Shown piece after piece: positions 1-8,669 of a stretch of 32,536 bases of DNA. The position numbers and the translations under genes were made by a program. The DNA comes from an uncultured Thermoleophilia bacterium (GTDB lineage: Bacteria > Actinomycetota > Thermoleophilia > UBA2241), in the NCBI GenBank assembly GCA_964538465.1, contig CAZIGT010000003.1:1-32536 (forward strand), given 5' to 3'. Every line of letters starts with the position of its first letter. Position 1 is the stretch's first letter. Under the pieces are notes generated by a model. The model was not told the DNA's origin. It saw only the letters and a list, made by a program, of their open reading frames with translations, and searched no databases.

Positions 1-1316
1 GCGCGGCCGCGGGCGGCCGCGCGCCGCGCCAACTCGTCGCGCTGGACGACACCGAACCGGTGCTGCTCGTCCACCACGACGGCCGCCAGCGACCGGAAAC
101 GCACCTCGTCCTGGATGAGGGCGTGAGTGCCGACCACGAGCTGCGTCTCTCCGCTCTTGAGGCGGGCCAGCGTCTCTCGGCGCTGGCTCGCGGTGAGTGC
201 GGCTGTCAGAAGCTCCGAGCGCGCCAGATCACCCACGAGTTCGTGCACCGTTGCCAGGTGCTGTCCGGCGAGGGTCTCGGTCGGCACCAGAAGAGCCGCC
301 TGGTGTCCCGATTCGACGGCGCGGAGCAGCATGTGCAGGGCGACGATGGTCTTCCCTGCGCCCACGTCGCCCTGCAGGAGCCTACGCATAGGGATCTCGC
401 TGCGGAGATCGCCTTCCATGTCGTCGATGGCCGCCCGCTGGTCGTCCGTCAGCGCGAACGGCAGGCCGTCGACGAAGCGCTGTGCCGTGCCGTCGACAGC
501 GGGCAGCGACCAGGCGCGCACCGCTCCCTGCTCGCGTGCCTTGTGCACGAGCAGTCCGAGCTGCAGAAGGTAGAGCTCTTCGAACACGAGACGTTCGCGG
601 GCCGCTCTGCCGCGAGTTGGATCCCCCGGCAGGTGAACGGCGATCAGCGCGTCGCAGCGCGCGGGTAGACCGCTGGACACTCGCAGACGCGAGGGCAGCG
701 GGTCCGGCACCCGACGGGCCACTGGGAGCAGTGAATGGACCAGCGTGCGAAGCAGCCGCGCGGATATGGATTCGCTGGCTGGGTAGACCGGCACGACGCC
801 TTCGGTGTGGACGGTCTCAGCCTGATCGTCCAGCACTTCGTGGCTCTTCACGGGGAACGTGACCGTTCCACCGCGCTTGGTGAGTGTGCCCCGGAGGCTC
901 ACAACGGTGCCGGGCTTCAGGGCGTCAACCAGCCACGCCTGATTGAACCACACGGCCTCGATCACGCCGGTGGTATCGCGCACGGTGGCGCGCACCACCT
1001 GCAGCCCCCTGCGCCGACCGCTCACGAGTCGCACCCGCTCGACGACGCCGCGCACGGTCGCTTCCTCGCCGATCTTCAGAGTGCCCAGATCGCGGCGCTG
1101 ACGATAGTCGTCGTAGCGGCGCGGATAGTGCTCGAGGAGGTCACCGACCGTGACGAGACCGAGTTCGCGCAGCCGGCGAGCCGTGGTGGGGCCCACGCGG
1201 GTGGCTCCGGTGAGGGGAGCAGACAACTCGTGCGGCCGCAGGAACGACCTCGGCGGCTGCGGCCGTCCCGGGTAGCGGCCGCCGCCGAAACGCAGCGGCA
1301 GCGGCGATCCGCTCAC
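1..1316 (-). CDS. recG: ATP-dependent DNA helicase RecG, N-terminal ~438 codons (the 3' end lies beyond the left edge of the window)
   Basis: Absent from the ORF track because it has no stop in the window. My minus-strand translation gives LSAPLTGATRVGPTTARRLRELGLVTVGDLLEHYPRRYDD, Walker A GDVGAGKT and motif II VVVDEQHRFGV (D codon at 69-71). GTG at 1314-1316 is the first start after an in-frame TGA and is in frame with the motifs. Confidence 0.9.
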   Translation of the reverse strand, partial: MSGSPLPLRFGGGRYPGRPQPPRSFLRPHELSAPLTGATRVGPTTARRLRELGLVTVGDLLEHYPRRYDDYRQRRDLGTLKIGEEATVRGVVERVRLVSGRRRGLQVVRATVRDTTGVIEAVWFNQAWLVDALKPGTVVSLRGTLTKRGGTVTFPVKSHEVLDDQAETVHTEGVVPVYPASESISARLLRTLVHSLLPVARRVPDPLPSRLRVSSGLPARCDALIAVHLPGDPTRGRAARERLVFEELYLLQLGLLVHKAREQGAVRAWSLPAVDGTAQRFVDGLPFALTDDQRAAIDDMEGDLRSEIPMRRLLQGDVGAGKTIVALHMLLRAVESGHQAALLVPTETLAGQHLATVHELVGDLARSELLTAALTASQRRETLARLKSGETQLVVGTHALIQDEVRFRSLAAVVVDEQHRFGVVQRDELARRAAARGR

Positions 1317-1376
1317 GACCGGAGGGAGCGGCTCTCAGGGTTGCGTGCGGCGAGGCTCATGCGGCCCCCGCTCCCC

Positions 1377-2228
1377 CTATTCCGCGATCATGCCGTACGC
1401 ACAGGCTCCGGGGCCGATGTGCACCCCGACGACGGCCCCCGCCCAGCCTGTGAAGAGGATCTCGGCGTCTGGTCTCACGTTCAGTATGACTTCGCGCAGC
1501 CTGTCCAACGCTTCCGGACGACCGGCCTGGACGATGCCAACATACACCTTCTCCTGCGGCCCGGCGTACTCGGCCAGGTACTGGCCCATGGCCTCCCACG
1601 CCTTGCGTTCGCCGCGGACCTTCATATAGGGCGAGAGAACGCCGTCGTAGGCCTGGATGACCGGCCGGATGCCGAGCACGCCGCCCACCATCTCCTGGGC
1701 GCGACCGATGCGGCCGCCACGGCGCAGGTACTCGAGGGTGCCGGGAAGGATCACCATGCGGCCGCGCTGCTGGAAGTAGCGGATGTACTCGCGCAGGTCT
1801 TCGAGCTCTATGCCCGCCTCGATCTTGTCCTGGACACGTTCGACCATGAGGCCCAGGCCGCTGCATACGTTGCGGCTGTCGTAGATCTCCACCTTGGGGA
1901 ACTGCTCGGCGGCTGCCGTCGCCGATTGTATGGTCCCACTGAGCTCCTGCGAGATGTGTATGGAGAAGATGTGGTCGTAGCGGGCGCTGAGGTCTGCGTA
2001 GACGTCCTGGAAGGTCGAGACCGACGGCTGCGACGAGGTGGGCAGATCGCCAGCGCGCAGGCGCTCGTAGAGCTGGGCGGGCGGCATCTCGGTGCCGTCG
2101 TCGTACATCTCGGCGCCGAACACCACCTTGAGGGGCACGACCGTGATGCCTCGCGTGGGCCAGCGGTCGTTGGGATCTGAGGTGGAATCGGTGACGACTA
2201 CGGCGTTCTCAGGCGTCAGTAGAGTCAT
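1377..2228 (-). CDS. DegV family fatty-acid-binding protein (FakB-like)
   Basis: 283-aa ORF with the DegV-type N-terminus AVVVTDSTSD and DegV-like sequence throughout. Its ATG overlaps the stop of the upstream DAK2 gene (ATGA at 2225-2228), the usual DAK2/DegV pairing. Confidence 0.85.
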   Translation of the reverse strand: MTLLTPENAVVVTDSTSDPNDRWPTRGITVVPLKVVFGAEMYDDGTEMPPAQLYERLRAGDLPTSSQPSVSTFQDVYADLSARYDHIFSIHISQELSGTIQSATAAAEQFPKVEIYDSRNVCSGLGLMVERVQDKIEAGIELEDLREYIRYFQQRGRMVILPGTLEYLRRGGRIGRAQEMVGGVLGIRPVIQAYDGVLSPYMKVRGERKAWEAMGQYLAEYAGPQEKVYVGIVQAGRPEALDRLREVILNVRPDAEILFTGWAGAVVGVHIGPGACAYGMIAE

Positions 2229-3883
2229 TCGGCACCAACCAGGATCGGATACAGGGGTTGACCGCCGGCGCGGATGTCGAGTTCCGCGTCCGGTATGGCT
2301 CTGGCCACGGCTGCGGCGATCTCCTCGTCGGTGAGCGCCGTTCCGTTGAGGCTGGTGAGCACTGTGAGGACCTCCGGCTCGTAGGCGGCGAGGTCCTGCA
2401 GGACCTTGTCGAGCACCTCGGGCAGGCTGGCCCCCTGAGCCACGAGCCTGCCGTCCACCAGGCCGATGACCTCATCCTTCTTCACGGCGAGGTCGCCGAC
2501 CAGCGAGTCGCGTACCGCGACCGTGAGCTCTGCACTGTGTACCGGCTGCAGCGCCTGCCGCATGGCGGCCGCGTTGGCGACCGCGTCCTTCAGCGGGTCG
2601 AACGCCACCATCGAGGCGAGGCCGGCCGGCATGGACTTGGTCGGCACGACCTCGATGGTCCTGTTGCTCATGGTCGCCGCCTGTTCGGCGGTCAGGATCA
2701 CGTTCTTGTTGTTCGGCAGTACTATGACCTCGTCGGAACCGATCTCCTCGACCAGTTCAAGGATCTGGGCGGCGCTAGGGTTCATGGACTGACCGCCGTC
2801 GACGATGCCGGCGCAGCCGAGCTCGCGGAAGAGCTGGTGGTTGCCGTCGCCAGCGGCTACGGCGATGACCGCCGTGCCGATCGTGCGGTTGGCGCTGCGG
2901 AGGCGCTCGTCCCGTTCCCGCGTCTGCGCGTGCATGTCGTTGATCTCGACCTCGCTGATGCCGCCGCGCGTGACCGCCCACGAGAGGATGACCCCGGGGT
3001 CGTCAGTGTGCACGTGGACCTTGAGCGTCTGCTCGTCGCCGACCACAAGGGCGCTGTCGCCGATGGGAGACAGGAACGATTCGAGCTCGTCTCGCGAGAG
3101 GCCGTCGCCGGAGAGCAGGAAACTGGTGCAGTAGCGGTAGCGCGAAAGCTCCGTGGGTTCCTGCGGTGCTGCCACGGCGTACGTCTGAGGGACCTCCGCG
3201 GTCGCCGGCTCCGCACTCGTGGCGACTGCCGCGACCCGTGCCCTGGCCGCCGCAGCGGCCTTGGCGCCGACCCGGGCCGGATCTGCGAGCACCGCGGCGG
3301 CGAGACCGCGGCAGATGACCAGCAGGCCGTAGCCGCCGGCGTCGACGACACCGGCCTGGCGCAGCGCCGCCAGTTGGTGCTGAGTGCGGTCCACCGCCAG
3401 GCGGCCGGCGGCGAGCACGGTCTCGAGCGTATCGGCGAGCGGTGTCTGGTCCGGCAGACGCGAAGCGGCTGCCGACATCTCGCGCACCACCGTGAGCATG
3501 GTGCCCTCGACCGGCTTCTTGACCGCCCTGTATGCCGCCGTGGTGGCCTGTTCGAATCCCTGCTTGATAGTGGCCGTGTCGAGGACCGCGCCCTGCCGGC
3601 ACGCCGAGCACGCCCCGCGGACGATCTGGGAGAGGATGACGCCCGAGTTGCCCCGTGCCCCCATGAGCGACCCGCGAGTGACGGAAGCTGCTACCTTCTC
3701 CACATCGTCGGCGGCGGAGCGTTCGAGCTCCTCGAGCACGGCCCGGACGGTGAGGAACAGGTTGGTGCCGGTGTCGCCGTCCGGCACCGGATAGACGTTC
3801 AGGTCGTTGATGACCGAACGTTCGGCGTCGAGTTCCGCCAGGGCACCCCGGACGAGTGCCACCGCGAAAGCGTGGGCACTCAC
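2225..3883 (-). CDS. yloV: DAK2-domain protein YloV (FakA-like fatty acid kinase component)
   Basis: 552-aa ORF with the DhaL/Dak2 signature PDGDTGTNL near the N-terminus. It sits in the yloU-yloV-recG context known from B. subtilis. The start codon is GTG (cac at 3881-3883) and overlaps the asp23 stop as GTGA. Confidence 0.85.
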   Translation of the reverse strand: MSAHAFAVALVRGALAELDAERSVINDLNVYPVPDGDTGTNLFLTVRAVLEELERSAADDVEKVAASVTRGSLMGARGNSGVILSQIVRGACSACRQGAVLDTATIKQGFEQATTAAYRAVKKPVEGTMLTVVREMSAAASRLPDQTPLADTLETVLAAGRLAVDRTQHQLAALRQAGVVDAGGYGLLVICRGLAAAVLADPARVGAKAAAAARARVAAVATSAEPATAEVPQTYAVAAPQEPTELSRYRYCTSFLLSGDGLSRDELESFLSPIGDSALVVGDEQTLKVHVHTDDPGVILSWAVTRGGISEVEINDMHAQTRERDERLRSANRTIGTAVIAVAAGDGNHQLFRELGCAGIVDGGQSMNPSAAQILELVEEIGSDEVIVLPNNKNVILTAEQAATMSNRTIEVVPTKSMPAGLASMVAFDPLKDAVANAAAMRQALQPVHSAELTVAVRDSLVGDLAVKKDEVIGLVDGRLVAQGASLPEVLDKVLQDLAAYEPEVLTVLTSLNGTALTDEEIAAAVARAIPDAELDIRAGGQPLYPILVGAE

Positions 3884-4278
3884 TCGCGCAGGTCCTCGAC
3901 GCTGACGTCGACATCGTCGACGCGCAGACCAGTGGCGTGCTCGATCTGGTAGCGCACCTGGTCACGCAGAATGGCGGTGACCTGAGCGAGGTTGACGCCG
4001 CGCTCCATGATGACGTGCAGGCGAAGCCGCACGGACCCGTCGCCGAGGAGCACTTCGACACCTTCGGTGAGTGATCCGCGGAACAGATCCGCCACGCGCC
4101 GTAGCGGTGCGCTGCGCAGATCGACGACGCCGTACGTGGTGCGAGCGGCGTGGCCGGCGAGCTTGGCGATGGCCACTTCGGAGAAGGTGACGCCCCCGCC
4201 GCTACCGCCAGCGGCACGCTCCTGAGTTCGTTCGCGCATCGCCCTGAGACACCCCTCCCTCAGCGCGGCACGCGCCAC
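3880..4278 (-). CDS. Asp23/Gls24 family (alkaline shock protein-like, YloU-type)
   Basis: 132-aa ORF with the Asp23-like core VTFSEVAIAKLAGHAARTTYGVVDL...VDDVDVSVEDL, immediately upstream of yloV as in Firmicutes and Actinobacteria. The start is GTG at 4276-4278; ATG at 4239 is an alternative. Confidence 0.75.
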   Translation of the reverse strand: MARAALREGCLRAMRERTQERAAGGSGGGVTFSEVAIAKLAGHAARTTYGVVDLRSAPLRRVADLFRGSLTEGVEVLLGDGSVRLRLHVIMERGVNLAQVTAILRDQVRYQIEHATGLRVDDVDVSVEDLRE

Positions 4279-4280
4279 GC

Positions 4281-4487
4281 TCAGGTCTGCTCGGTCAGCA
4301 GCTCGTTGAGTGCTGCCACCACCTCATCCGGCGAGACACGGTGCATTATGGCGCCGGCTTCGATGGTCTCTGAACTCGCCCCCATGCACAGCGAACACCC
4401 CATGCCGTACCGCTCGAACACCGCACGTGCGCCCGGATGGAGCGCGAGCGCATCGATGATGGCCAGGTTCTTGTGAAAGACGGTCAC
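4281..4487 (-). CDS. DUF1858 / hybrid-cluster-protein-associated redox-disulfide domain protein (small CxxC protein)
   Basis: 68 aa: HPGARAVFERYGMGCSLCMGASSETIEAGAIMHRVSPDEVVAALNELL. This matches my memory of the DUF1858 pattern (G-M-x-C-x-x-C ... H-x-hydrophobic ... L-N). GTG start at 4485-4487. It is the first gene of the minus-strand unit opposite rpmB. Confidence 0.65.
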   Translation of the reverse strand: MTVFHKNLAIIDALALHPGARAVFERYGMGCSLCMGASSETIEAGAIMHRVSPDEVVAALNELLTEQT

Positions 4488-4532
4488 CTTGCCGATGGTT
4501 GCGAAAGGCAGCGCGGCGCAAGCCGCAGGCGT

Positions 4533-4561
4533 TTGCCATGCCGGAGCGCGTGTAGCATAAT
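4533..4561 (+). promoter_or_regulatory. Putative sigma-70/SigA-type promoter of rpmB: TTGCCA-N17-CATAAT
   Basis: TTGCCA at 4533-4538 and CATAAT at 4556-4561, separated by exactly 17 nt. It is an AT-rich island in a GC-rich intergenic region, ~37 nt upstream of the rpmB ATG. GAGGG at 4585-4589 is a plausible SD. Confidence 0.55.
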
Positions 4562-4582
4562 GACGCCCCGCAACCGAATCAA
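4554..4582 (-). promoter_or_regulatory. Putative divergent promoter for the DUF1858-asp23-yloV-degV-recG unit: TTGATT-N17-TATGCT
   Basis: On the minus strand, TTGATT (rc of 4577-4582) and TATGCT (rc of 4554-4559) have a 17-nt spacer. Its -10 overlaps the -10 of the rpmB promoter. Confidence 0.4.
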
Positions 4583-4597
4583 GTTGAGGGTTCCCCC

Positions 4598-4789
4598 ATG
4601 TCCAAGGTGTGTCTCGTCTGCGGCAAGCGGCCCGTCATCGGGCAGAGCAGGAGCCATTCCAACGTCGCCACCAAGCGGCGTTTCGATCCCAACCTGCAGC
4701 ATGTGCGCGTCATGGTAGACGGCCGCCCGCGCAACGCGTACGTCTGCGCGCGGGGCCGGCGCGCGGGTCGCGTCACCAAGGCGCTCTAG
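4598..4789 (+). CDS. rpmB: 50S ribosomal protein L28
   Basis: 63 aa: MSKVCLVCGKRPVIGQSRSHSNVATKRRFDPNLQHVRVMV..., the classic L28 N-terminal pattern. It is the only plus-strand gene and is divergent from the yloU/yloV/recG unit, as in B. subtilis. Confidence 0.9.
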   Translation: MSKVCLVCGKRPVIGQSRSHSNVATKRRFDPNLQHVRVMVDGRPRNAYVCARGRRAGRVTKAL

Positions 4790-4806
4790 TCCCCAGGGTG
4801 TGAGCT

Positions 4807-4848
4807 GACGGCGGAGCCCGGAGGGCAGACTCTCCGGGCTCCGCCGTC
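4807..4848. terminator. Perfect 17-bp GC-rich inverted repeat with an 8-nt loop; likely bidirectional intrinsic terminator between convergent rpmB and the rib operon
   Basis: GACGGCGGAGCCCGGAG (4807-4823), loop GGCAGACT, CTCCGGGCTCCGCCGTC (4832-4848). It lies 18 nt after the rpmB stop and ~120 nt after the ribH stop. There is no U-tract on either side. Confidence 0.6.
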
Positions 4849-4968
4849 GCATTCCTGTCCGCGATCCTCCCCCATCACGACGCGCCGGCTCAGCGCCGCG
4901 CCGTTGGAGCAGTCCTCCATAGCTGTGGGCCGGCGTCGTCACGTCCGAACCGCTACGGGTCGGGCCGC

Positions 4969-5433
4969 TCAGGGAAGCTGCCGCATCAGGTTCGCCATCT
5001 CCAGCGCCGTCGCGGCGGCGGCCCAGCCCTTGTTGCCGCCCTTGGTGCCGGCCCGCTCCACGGCCTGCTCGATGGTGTCCGTGGTCAGCACGCCGAAGAC
5101 GACGGGCACGCCGCTCTCCAGGCCGACCTTGGCGATGCCTTTCGCGGCCTCGGCGGCGATGAACTCGAAGTGCGGCGTGCCGCCGCGGATGACAGCTCCA
5201 AGACAGACGACGGCGTCGTACTTCCCGCTCGCCGCGAGCTTTCCAGCGACCATGGGGAGTTCGAAGGCGCCCGGCGCCCACGCCACGTCGATGTCGGCCT
5301 CTGCCACCTCGTGACGCTTCAGGCAGTCCATGGCGCCCTCGTACAGGCGGTTCGAGATGAGTTCGTTGAAGCGCCCCACGACCAGGGCGAACTTGAGGTC
5401 CTTGCCGACCAGCTTGCCTTCGAAGACGGCCAT
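4969..5433 (-). CDS. ribH: 6,7-dimethyl-8-ribityllumazine synthase
   Basis: 154 aa: [12 protein letters not shown]..., [29 protein letters not shown]. These are typical lumazine synthase motifs. It is the last gene of the rib operon. Confidence 0.92.
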   Translation of the reverse strand: MAVFEGKLVGKDLKFALVVGRFNELISNRLYEGAMDCLKRHEVAEADIDVAWAPGAFELPMVAGKLAASGKYDAVVCLGAVIRGGTPHFEFIAAEAAKGIAKVGLESGVPVVFGVLTTDTIEQAVERAGTKGGNKGWAAAATALEMANLMRQLP

Positions 5434-5451
5434 TCCGTTCCCTTCCCTTCG

Positions 5452-6753
5452 TCATCCCTCGGGGCCTTCGCTGGGCACGAGCGCTTCGTGTTCCAGCAGA
5501 TGTCCCATCTTGTCGCGCTTGGTGCGCAGATAGCGCAGGCTCTCCTCCTGCGGCGTGATCTCGAGGGGCACGCGCTCAACGACGCGTAGCCCGTAACCCT
5601 CGAGGCCGATGATCTTCTTGGGGTTATTGGTCATGGTGCGGAGCGTGGTGAGGCCGAGGTCGGCGAGGAGCTGCGCTCCGATGCCGTAGTCCCGCAGATC
5701 TTCCGGGAAGCCCAGCTCGAGGTTGGCCTCGACCGTGTCGCGGCCCTTCTCCTGCAGCGCATAGGCCTTGAGCTTGTTCAGAAGGCCTATGCCGCGACCC
5801 TCCTGGCGCATGTAGAGCACCACGCCGAGACCCTCGGCCTCGATCCGGCGCAGGGCCTCGGCGAGCTGCTCGCCGCAATCGCAGCGCAGCGAGCCGAGGG
5901 CGTCGCCCGTGAGGCACTCAGAGTGGACGCGCACGAGCACGTTCTCCTGCCCGGCCACATCCCCCTTCACCAGAGCGATGTGATGGGCGCCGTCGGTGAG
6001 GCTCTCGTAACCGACGGCGCGGAATGTGCCGAACTTCGTCGGCAGCGTGGCCTCAGCCTCGCGGCGGACCAGCATCTCCGTGCGCCGCCGGTACTTGATG
6101 ATGTCCGCCACGGTGACCATCCGTAGCCCATGGCGGCGGCAGTACGGTATGAGGTCCTTCACGCGCGCCATGGTGCCGTCGTCGTTCATGACCTCGCAGA
6201 TGACGGCCGCCGGAGACAGGCCGGCAAGCCGGCAGAGATCGACGCCGCCTTCCGTCTGGCCGGTCCGTTCGAGGACGCCGCCGGGCCGCGCGCGCAGCGG
6301 GAAGACGTGGCCCGGCTGCACCAGATCATGCGGCGTGGAGCGCGGGTCGACCGCCACCTGGATCGTCCGCGCCCTGTCGGCCGCGGAGATGCCGGTCGTG
6401 ACGCCATGACGGGCCTCGATGGACACGGTGAACGCTGTGCCCAGGGGCGCCTGGTTGTCGTAGGTCATCGGCTCCAGCTTGAGCTCGGCAATGCGCTCCG
6501 GGGTGAGGGCGAGGCAGATCAGCCCGCGACCTTCCTTGGCCATGAAGTTGATCGTCTCGCGGCTGGCGAACTCGGCCGCCAGCGTGAGGTCACCCTCGTT
6601 CTCGCGGTCCGCGTCGTCGACGACCACGACCATCCGGCCCGAGCGGAGCTCGTCCAGTGCCTCCTCCACAGTCGCCCAGACGTCCGTGCCCGGGTCGGCA
6701 GTGTCGGGGGCCATGCTTCTGGGATCTTCCACGGTGTCTACCTCTGCTCTCAT
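5452..6753 (-). CDS. ribBA: Bifunctional 3,4-dihydroxy-2-butanone-4-phosphate synthase / GTP cyclohydrolase II
   Basis: [14 protein letters not shown] (DHBP synthase) and [24 protein letters not shown] (GTP cyclohydrolase II zinc site). The ORF-track N-terminus (to 7284) is a spurious extension across ribE. The likely start is ATG 6751-6753, forming ATGA with the ribE stop. ATG at 6712-6714 (MAPDTADPG) is the alternative. Confidence 0.9.
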   Translation of the reverse strand: MRAEVDTVEDPRSMAPDTADPGTDVWATVEEALDELRSGRMVVVVDDADRENEGDLTLAAEFASRETINFMAKEGRGLICLALTPERIAELKLEPMTYDNQAPLGTAFTVSIEARHGVTTGISAADRARTIQVAVDPRSTPHDLVQPGHVFPLRARPGGVLERTGQTEGGVDLCRLAGLSPAAVICEVMNDDGTMARVKDLIPYCRRHGLRMVTVADIIKYRRRTEMLVRREAEATLPTKFGTFRAVGYESLTDGAHHIALVKGDVAGQENVLVRVHSECLTGDALGSLRCDCGEQLAEALRRIEAEGLGVVLYMRQEGRGIGLLNKLKAYALQEKGRDTVEANLELGFPEDLRDYGIGAQLLADLGLTTLRTMTNNPKKIIGLEGYGLRVVERVPLEITPQEESLRYLRTKRDKMGHLLEHEALVPSEGPEG

Positions 6754-7421
6754 TCGAAGCCGGATCCTGCGAGCGACTCCCATGTGAGACCACTTCCCTG
6801 CTGCGGTGCATCCGTTGCGAAGGTCTCCTCCGCACAATGGTGCAGGAAGTGGTCGACGTAGCGGGCCAGCATGTCCACTTCGAGATTCACGGCATCGCCG
6901 GGGCGGAGGCTGCCCAGCGTGGTGACCTGCGCGGTGTGTGGGATGAGCGACACACGCACGGTACTGGTGGCCACGTCCACCACCGTGAGGCTGACTCCGC
7001 TGATCGTCACCGAGCCGCGCGGCACACAGAGTCGGGCGACGTCGGCCGGCGCCTCGACCTCGAGCCATCTCGCGATCTCTTCGCGGCGCACGGCGGCGAC
7101 GGTGCCCACGCCGTCGACGTGGCCGGTCACGAGATGGCCGCCGAGGCGGGAGCCGGCGAGGAGGGCACGCTCGAGATTGACGCCGGCGGCCGGTCTCAGC
7201 CCCGCCAGGGTGGTGCGGCGCACCGTCTCCGGCATGGCATCGGCGCGGAAGCCGTCGCCGCCGAGCGCAGTGACAGTCAGGCACACGCCGTCGGTGAGGA
7301 TGGAATCCCCCACTGCCGTGCCTTCGAGCACGCGCCGCGCCGCGATCTCGATCTCGGCGCTCGCCGCGCCCAGGCGCAGCGAGCGCACGCGGCCGACCTC
7401 CTCGACTATCCCTGTGAACAT
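6750..7421 (-). CDS. ribE: Riboflavin synthase alpha subunit
   Basis: [10 protein letters not shown] start (ATG at 7419-7421) and two lumazine-binding repeats (SLTV.., GHVDG). ATG at 7428-7430 (MADMFTG) is the alternative. Confidence 0.9.
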   Translation of the reverse strand: MFTGIVEEVGRVRSLRLGAASAEIEIAARRVLEGTAVGDSILTDGVCLTVTALGGDGFRADAMPETVRRTTLAGLRPAAGVNLERALLAGSRLGGHLVTGHVDGVGTVAAVRREEIARWLEVEAPADVARLCVPRGSVTISGVSLTVVDVATSTVRVSLIPHTAQVTTLGSLRPGDAVNLEVDMLARYVDHFLHHCAEETFATDAPQQGSGLTWESLAGSGFE

Positions 7422-7422
7422 G

Positions 7423-8616
7423 TCAGCCATCTCCCCGGTCGTTCTGCGCTGGTCGCTGCGAAGGAGGCGGAAGGGACGCATTGGCGCCGCGGGGCGCCCC
7501 CTCGATCAGAAGATCGTCGCCGACGCGGCGCCAGACGACGTCGTCCAGTCGCATCCCGCGTGACACGGACGAGGGCGCCGGCAGCGCCACCAGGTCCGGC
7601 GCCCCGCGTCCCAGGATGAGCGGCGCCACGAAGAACGCCACGTGATCGACGAGACCGGCGCCGAGCAGCTCGCCGGCGAGCGTCGGGCCGCCTTCGCAGA
7701 GGATCTGCAGCAGGCCGCGGTCCGCGAGCGCACGCAGCATGCTCTCGAGTCCGCCACGGGCCGAGATCGTCTCCACGCCGAGGTCCGTGAAGACGCGCCG
7801 CCGGTCGTCGGCGAGGTGCTGGGCGGCGACGATGACCGGCGAGTCCGCCGCAGTCGCGAACAGCCGGCTCTCGAGTGGCAGCTCGCCGTGTCGCGTGACG
7901 ACGACGCGCACCGGGTCGCGTCCTTCGATGGCGCGCACGGTGAGCAGTGGGTCGTCGCGGCGCAGCGTGCCGGCGCCTATGAGCACTGCGTCGGCCTCCG
8001 AGCGCCAGCCGTGAACCAGAGCGCGGCTCGCTTCGCCGGAGATCCAGCGTGCGTCGCCGCCGGCCGCCGCGACCTTGCCGTCCAGGCTCACCGCGGCCTT
8101 GTACGTGACGTACGGCAGGCCCGTGCGCACGTACTTCAGGAACGGCCGGTTGAGAGCCTCGGCGCGGGCTGCAGCCTCTTCCCCCGCCAGGTCCACCTGC
8201 ACGCCGGCGGCCCGCAGAGCGGCGATGCCGGCGCCGTTGACCAGGGGGTTCGGGTCGGCCATGGGAACGACGACGCGGGCGACGCCGGCCGCCAGCAGCG
8301 CCCGGGTGCAGGGCGGCGTGCGGCCCTCGTGCGAGCACGGCTCCAACGTGCAGTAGAGCGTGGCGCCGCGCGCACGTTCGCCTGCCTCGTCGAGTGCGAC
8401 GATCTCGGCGTGGGGCAGGCCAGGGCCCATGTGGGCGCCGCGGCCGACCACCCTGCCGTCTGGCGCCACCAGCACGGCGCCGACCAGAGGGTTGGGGTGT
8501 ACACGGCCGCGGCCCTTCTCGGCAAGGCCGAACGCCTCGCCCAGCCGGCGGACGTCGTCGGCGGTCACGCCGGCTGCCGCCTTGCCCTCTCCCCCGTGTT
8601 CATCGACTCCCAACAT
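7423..8616 (-). CDS. ribD: Bifunctional diaminohydroxyphosphoribosylaminopyrimidine deaminase / 5-amino-6-(5-phosphoribosylamino)uracil reductase
   Basis: Deaminase zinc motifs HAEIVAL and LEPCSHEGRTPPC, followed by a reductase domain. The start is taken as ATG 8614-8616 (MLGVDEHGG), directly downstream of the FMN riboswitch. Confidence 0.9.
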   Translation of the reverse strand: MLGVDEHGGEGKAAAGVTADDVRRLGEAFGLAEKGRGRVHPNPLVGAVLVAPDGRVVGRGAHMGPGLPHAEIVALDEAGERARGATLYCTLEPCSHEGRTPPCTRALLAAGVARVVVPMADPNPLVNGAGIAALRAAGVQVDLAGEEAAARAEALNRPFLKYVRTGLPYVTYKAAVSLDGKVAAAGGDARWISGEASRALVHGWRSEADAVLIGAGTLRRDDPLLTVRAIEGRDPVRVVVTRHGELPLESRLFATAADSPVIVAAQHLADDRRRVFTDLGVETISARGGLESMLRALADRGLLQILCEGGPTLAGELLGAGLVDHVAFFVAPLILGRGAPDLVALPAPSSVSRGMRLDDVVWRRVGDDLLIEGAPRGANASLPPPSQRPAQNDRGDG

Positions 8617-8622
8617 GACAAA

Positions 8623-8652
8623 CGCCGCCTTGGCAGGTAGCCCAGGGCGGCG
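8623..8652 (-). promoter_or_regulatory. Expression-platform hairpin of the FMN riboswitch (SD sequestor and/or weak terminator)
   Basis: Minus-strand CGCCGCC ... GGCGGCG (7-bp stem, 16-nt loop), followed by TTTGTC and the ribD ATG. The 3' arm covers the AAGGCGG SD-like sequence. Confidence 0.4.
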
Positions 8653-8669
8653 TAGCACGTGCGACGCAC

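Noticed and set aside
4786-4920. A 44-codon minus-strand ORF (MEDCSNGAALSRRVVMGEDRGQECDGG...) in the tail between ribH and the terminator. It is flanked by an imperfect long-range inverted repeat (ACGACGCCGGC / GCCGGCGCGTCGT).
   Set aside because: It has no SD, runs through the terminator hairpin and into the rpmB 3' end, and has no recognisable motif. An ORF of this size is expected by chance in GC-rich DNA.
6754-7284. N-terminal extensions of listed minus-strand ORFs that run into the upstream gene: ribBA to 7284, metK to 16530, gpsA to 17881, plsY to 18486, der to 19658, DUF512 to 21046, plsC to 22682, DAHP synthase to 26974.
   Set aside because: The extensions are Arg/Pro-rich, overlap the upstream gene out of frame and precede the conserved N-termini. 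Internal ATG, GTG or TTG starts at gene junctions fit much better, often as 4-nt overlaps or with an SD.
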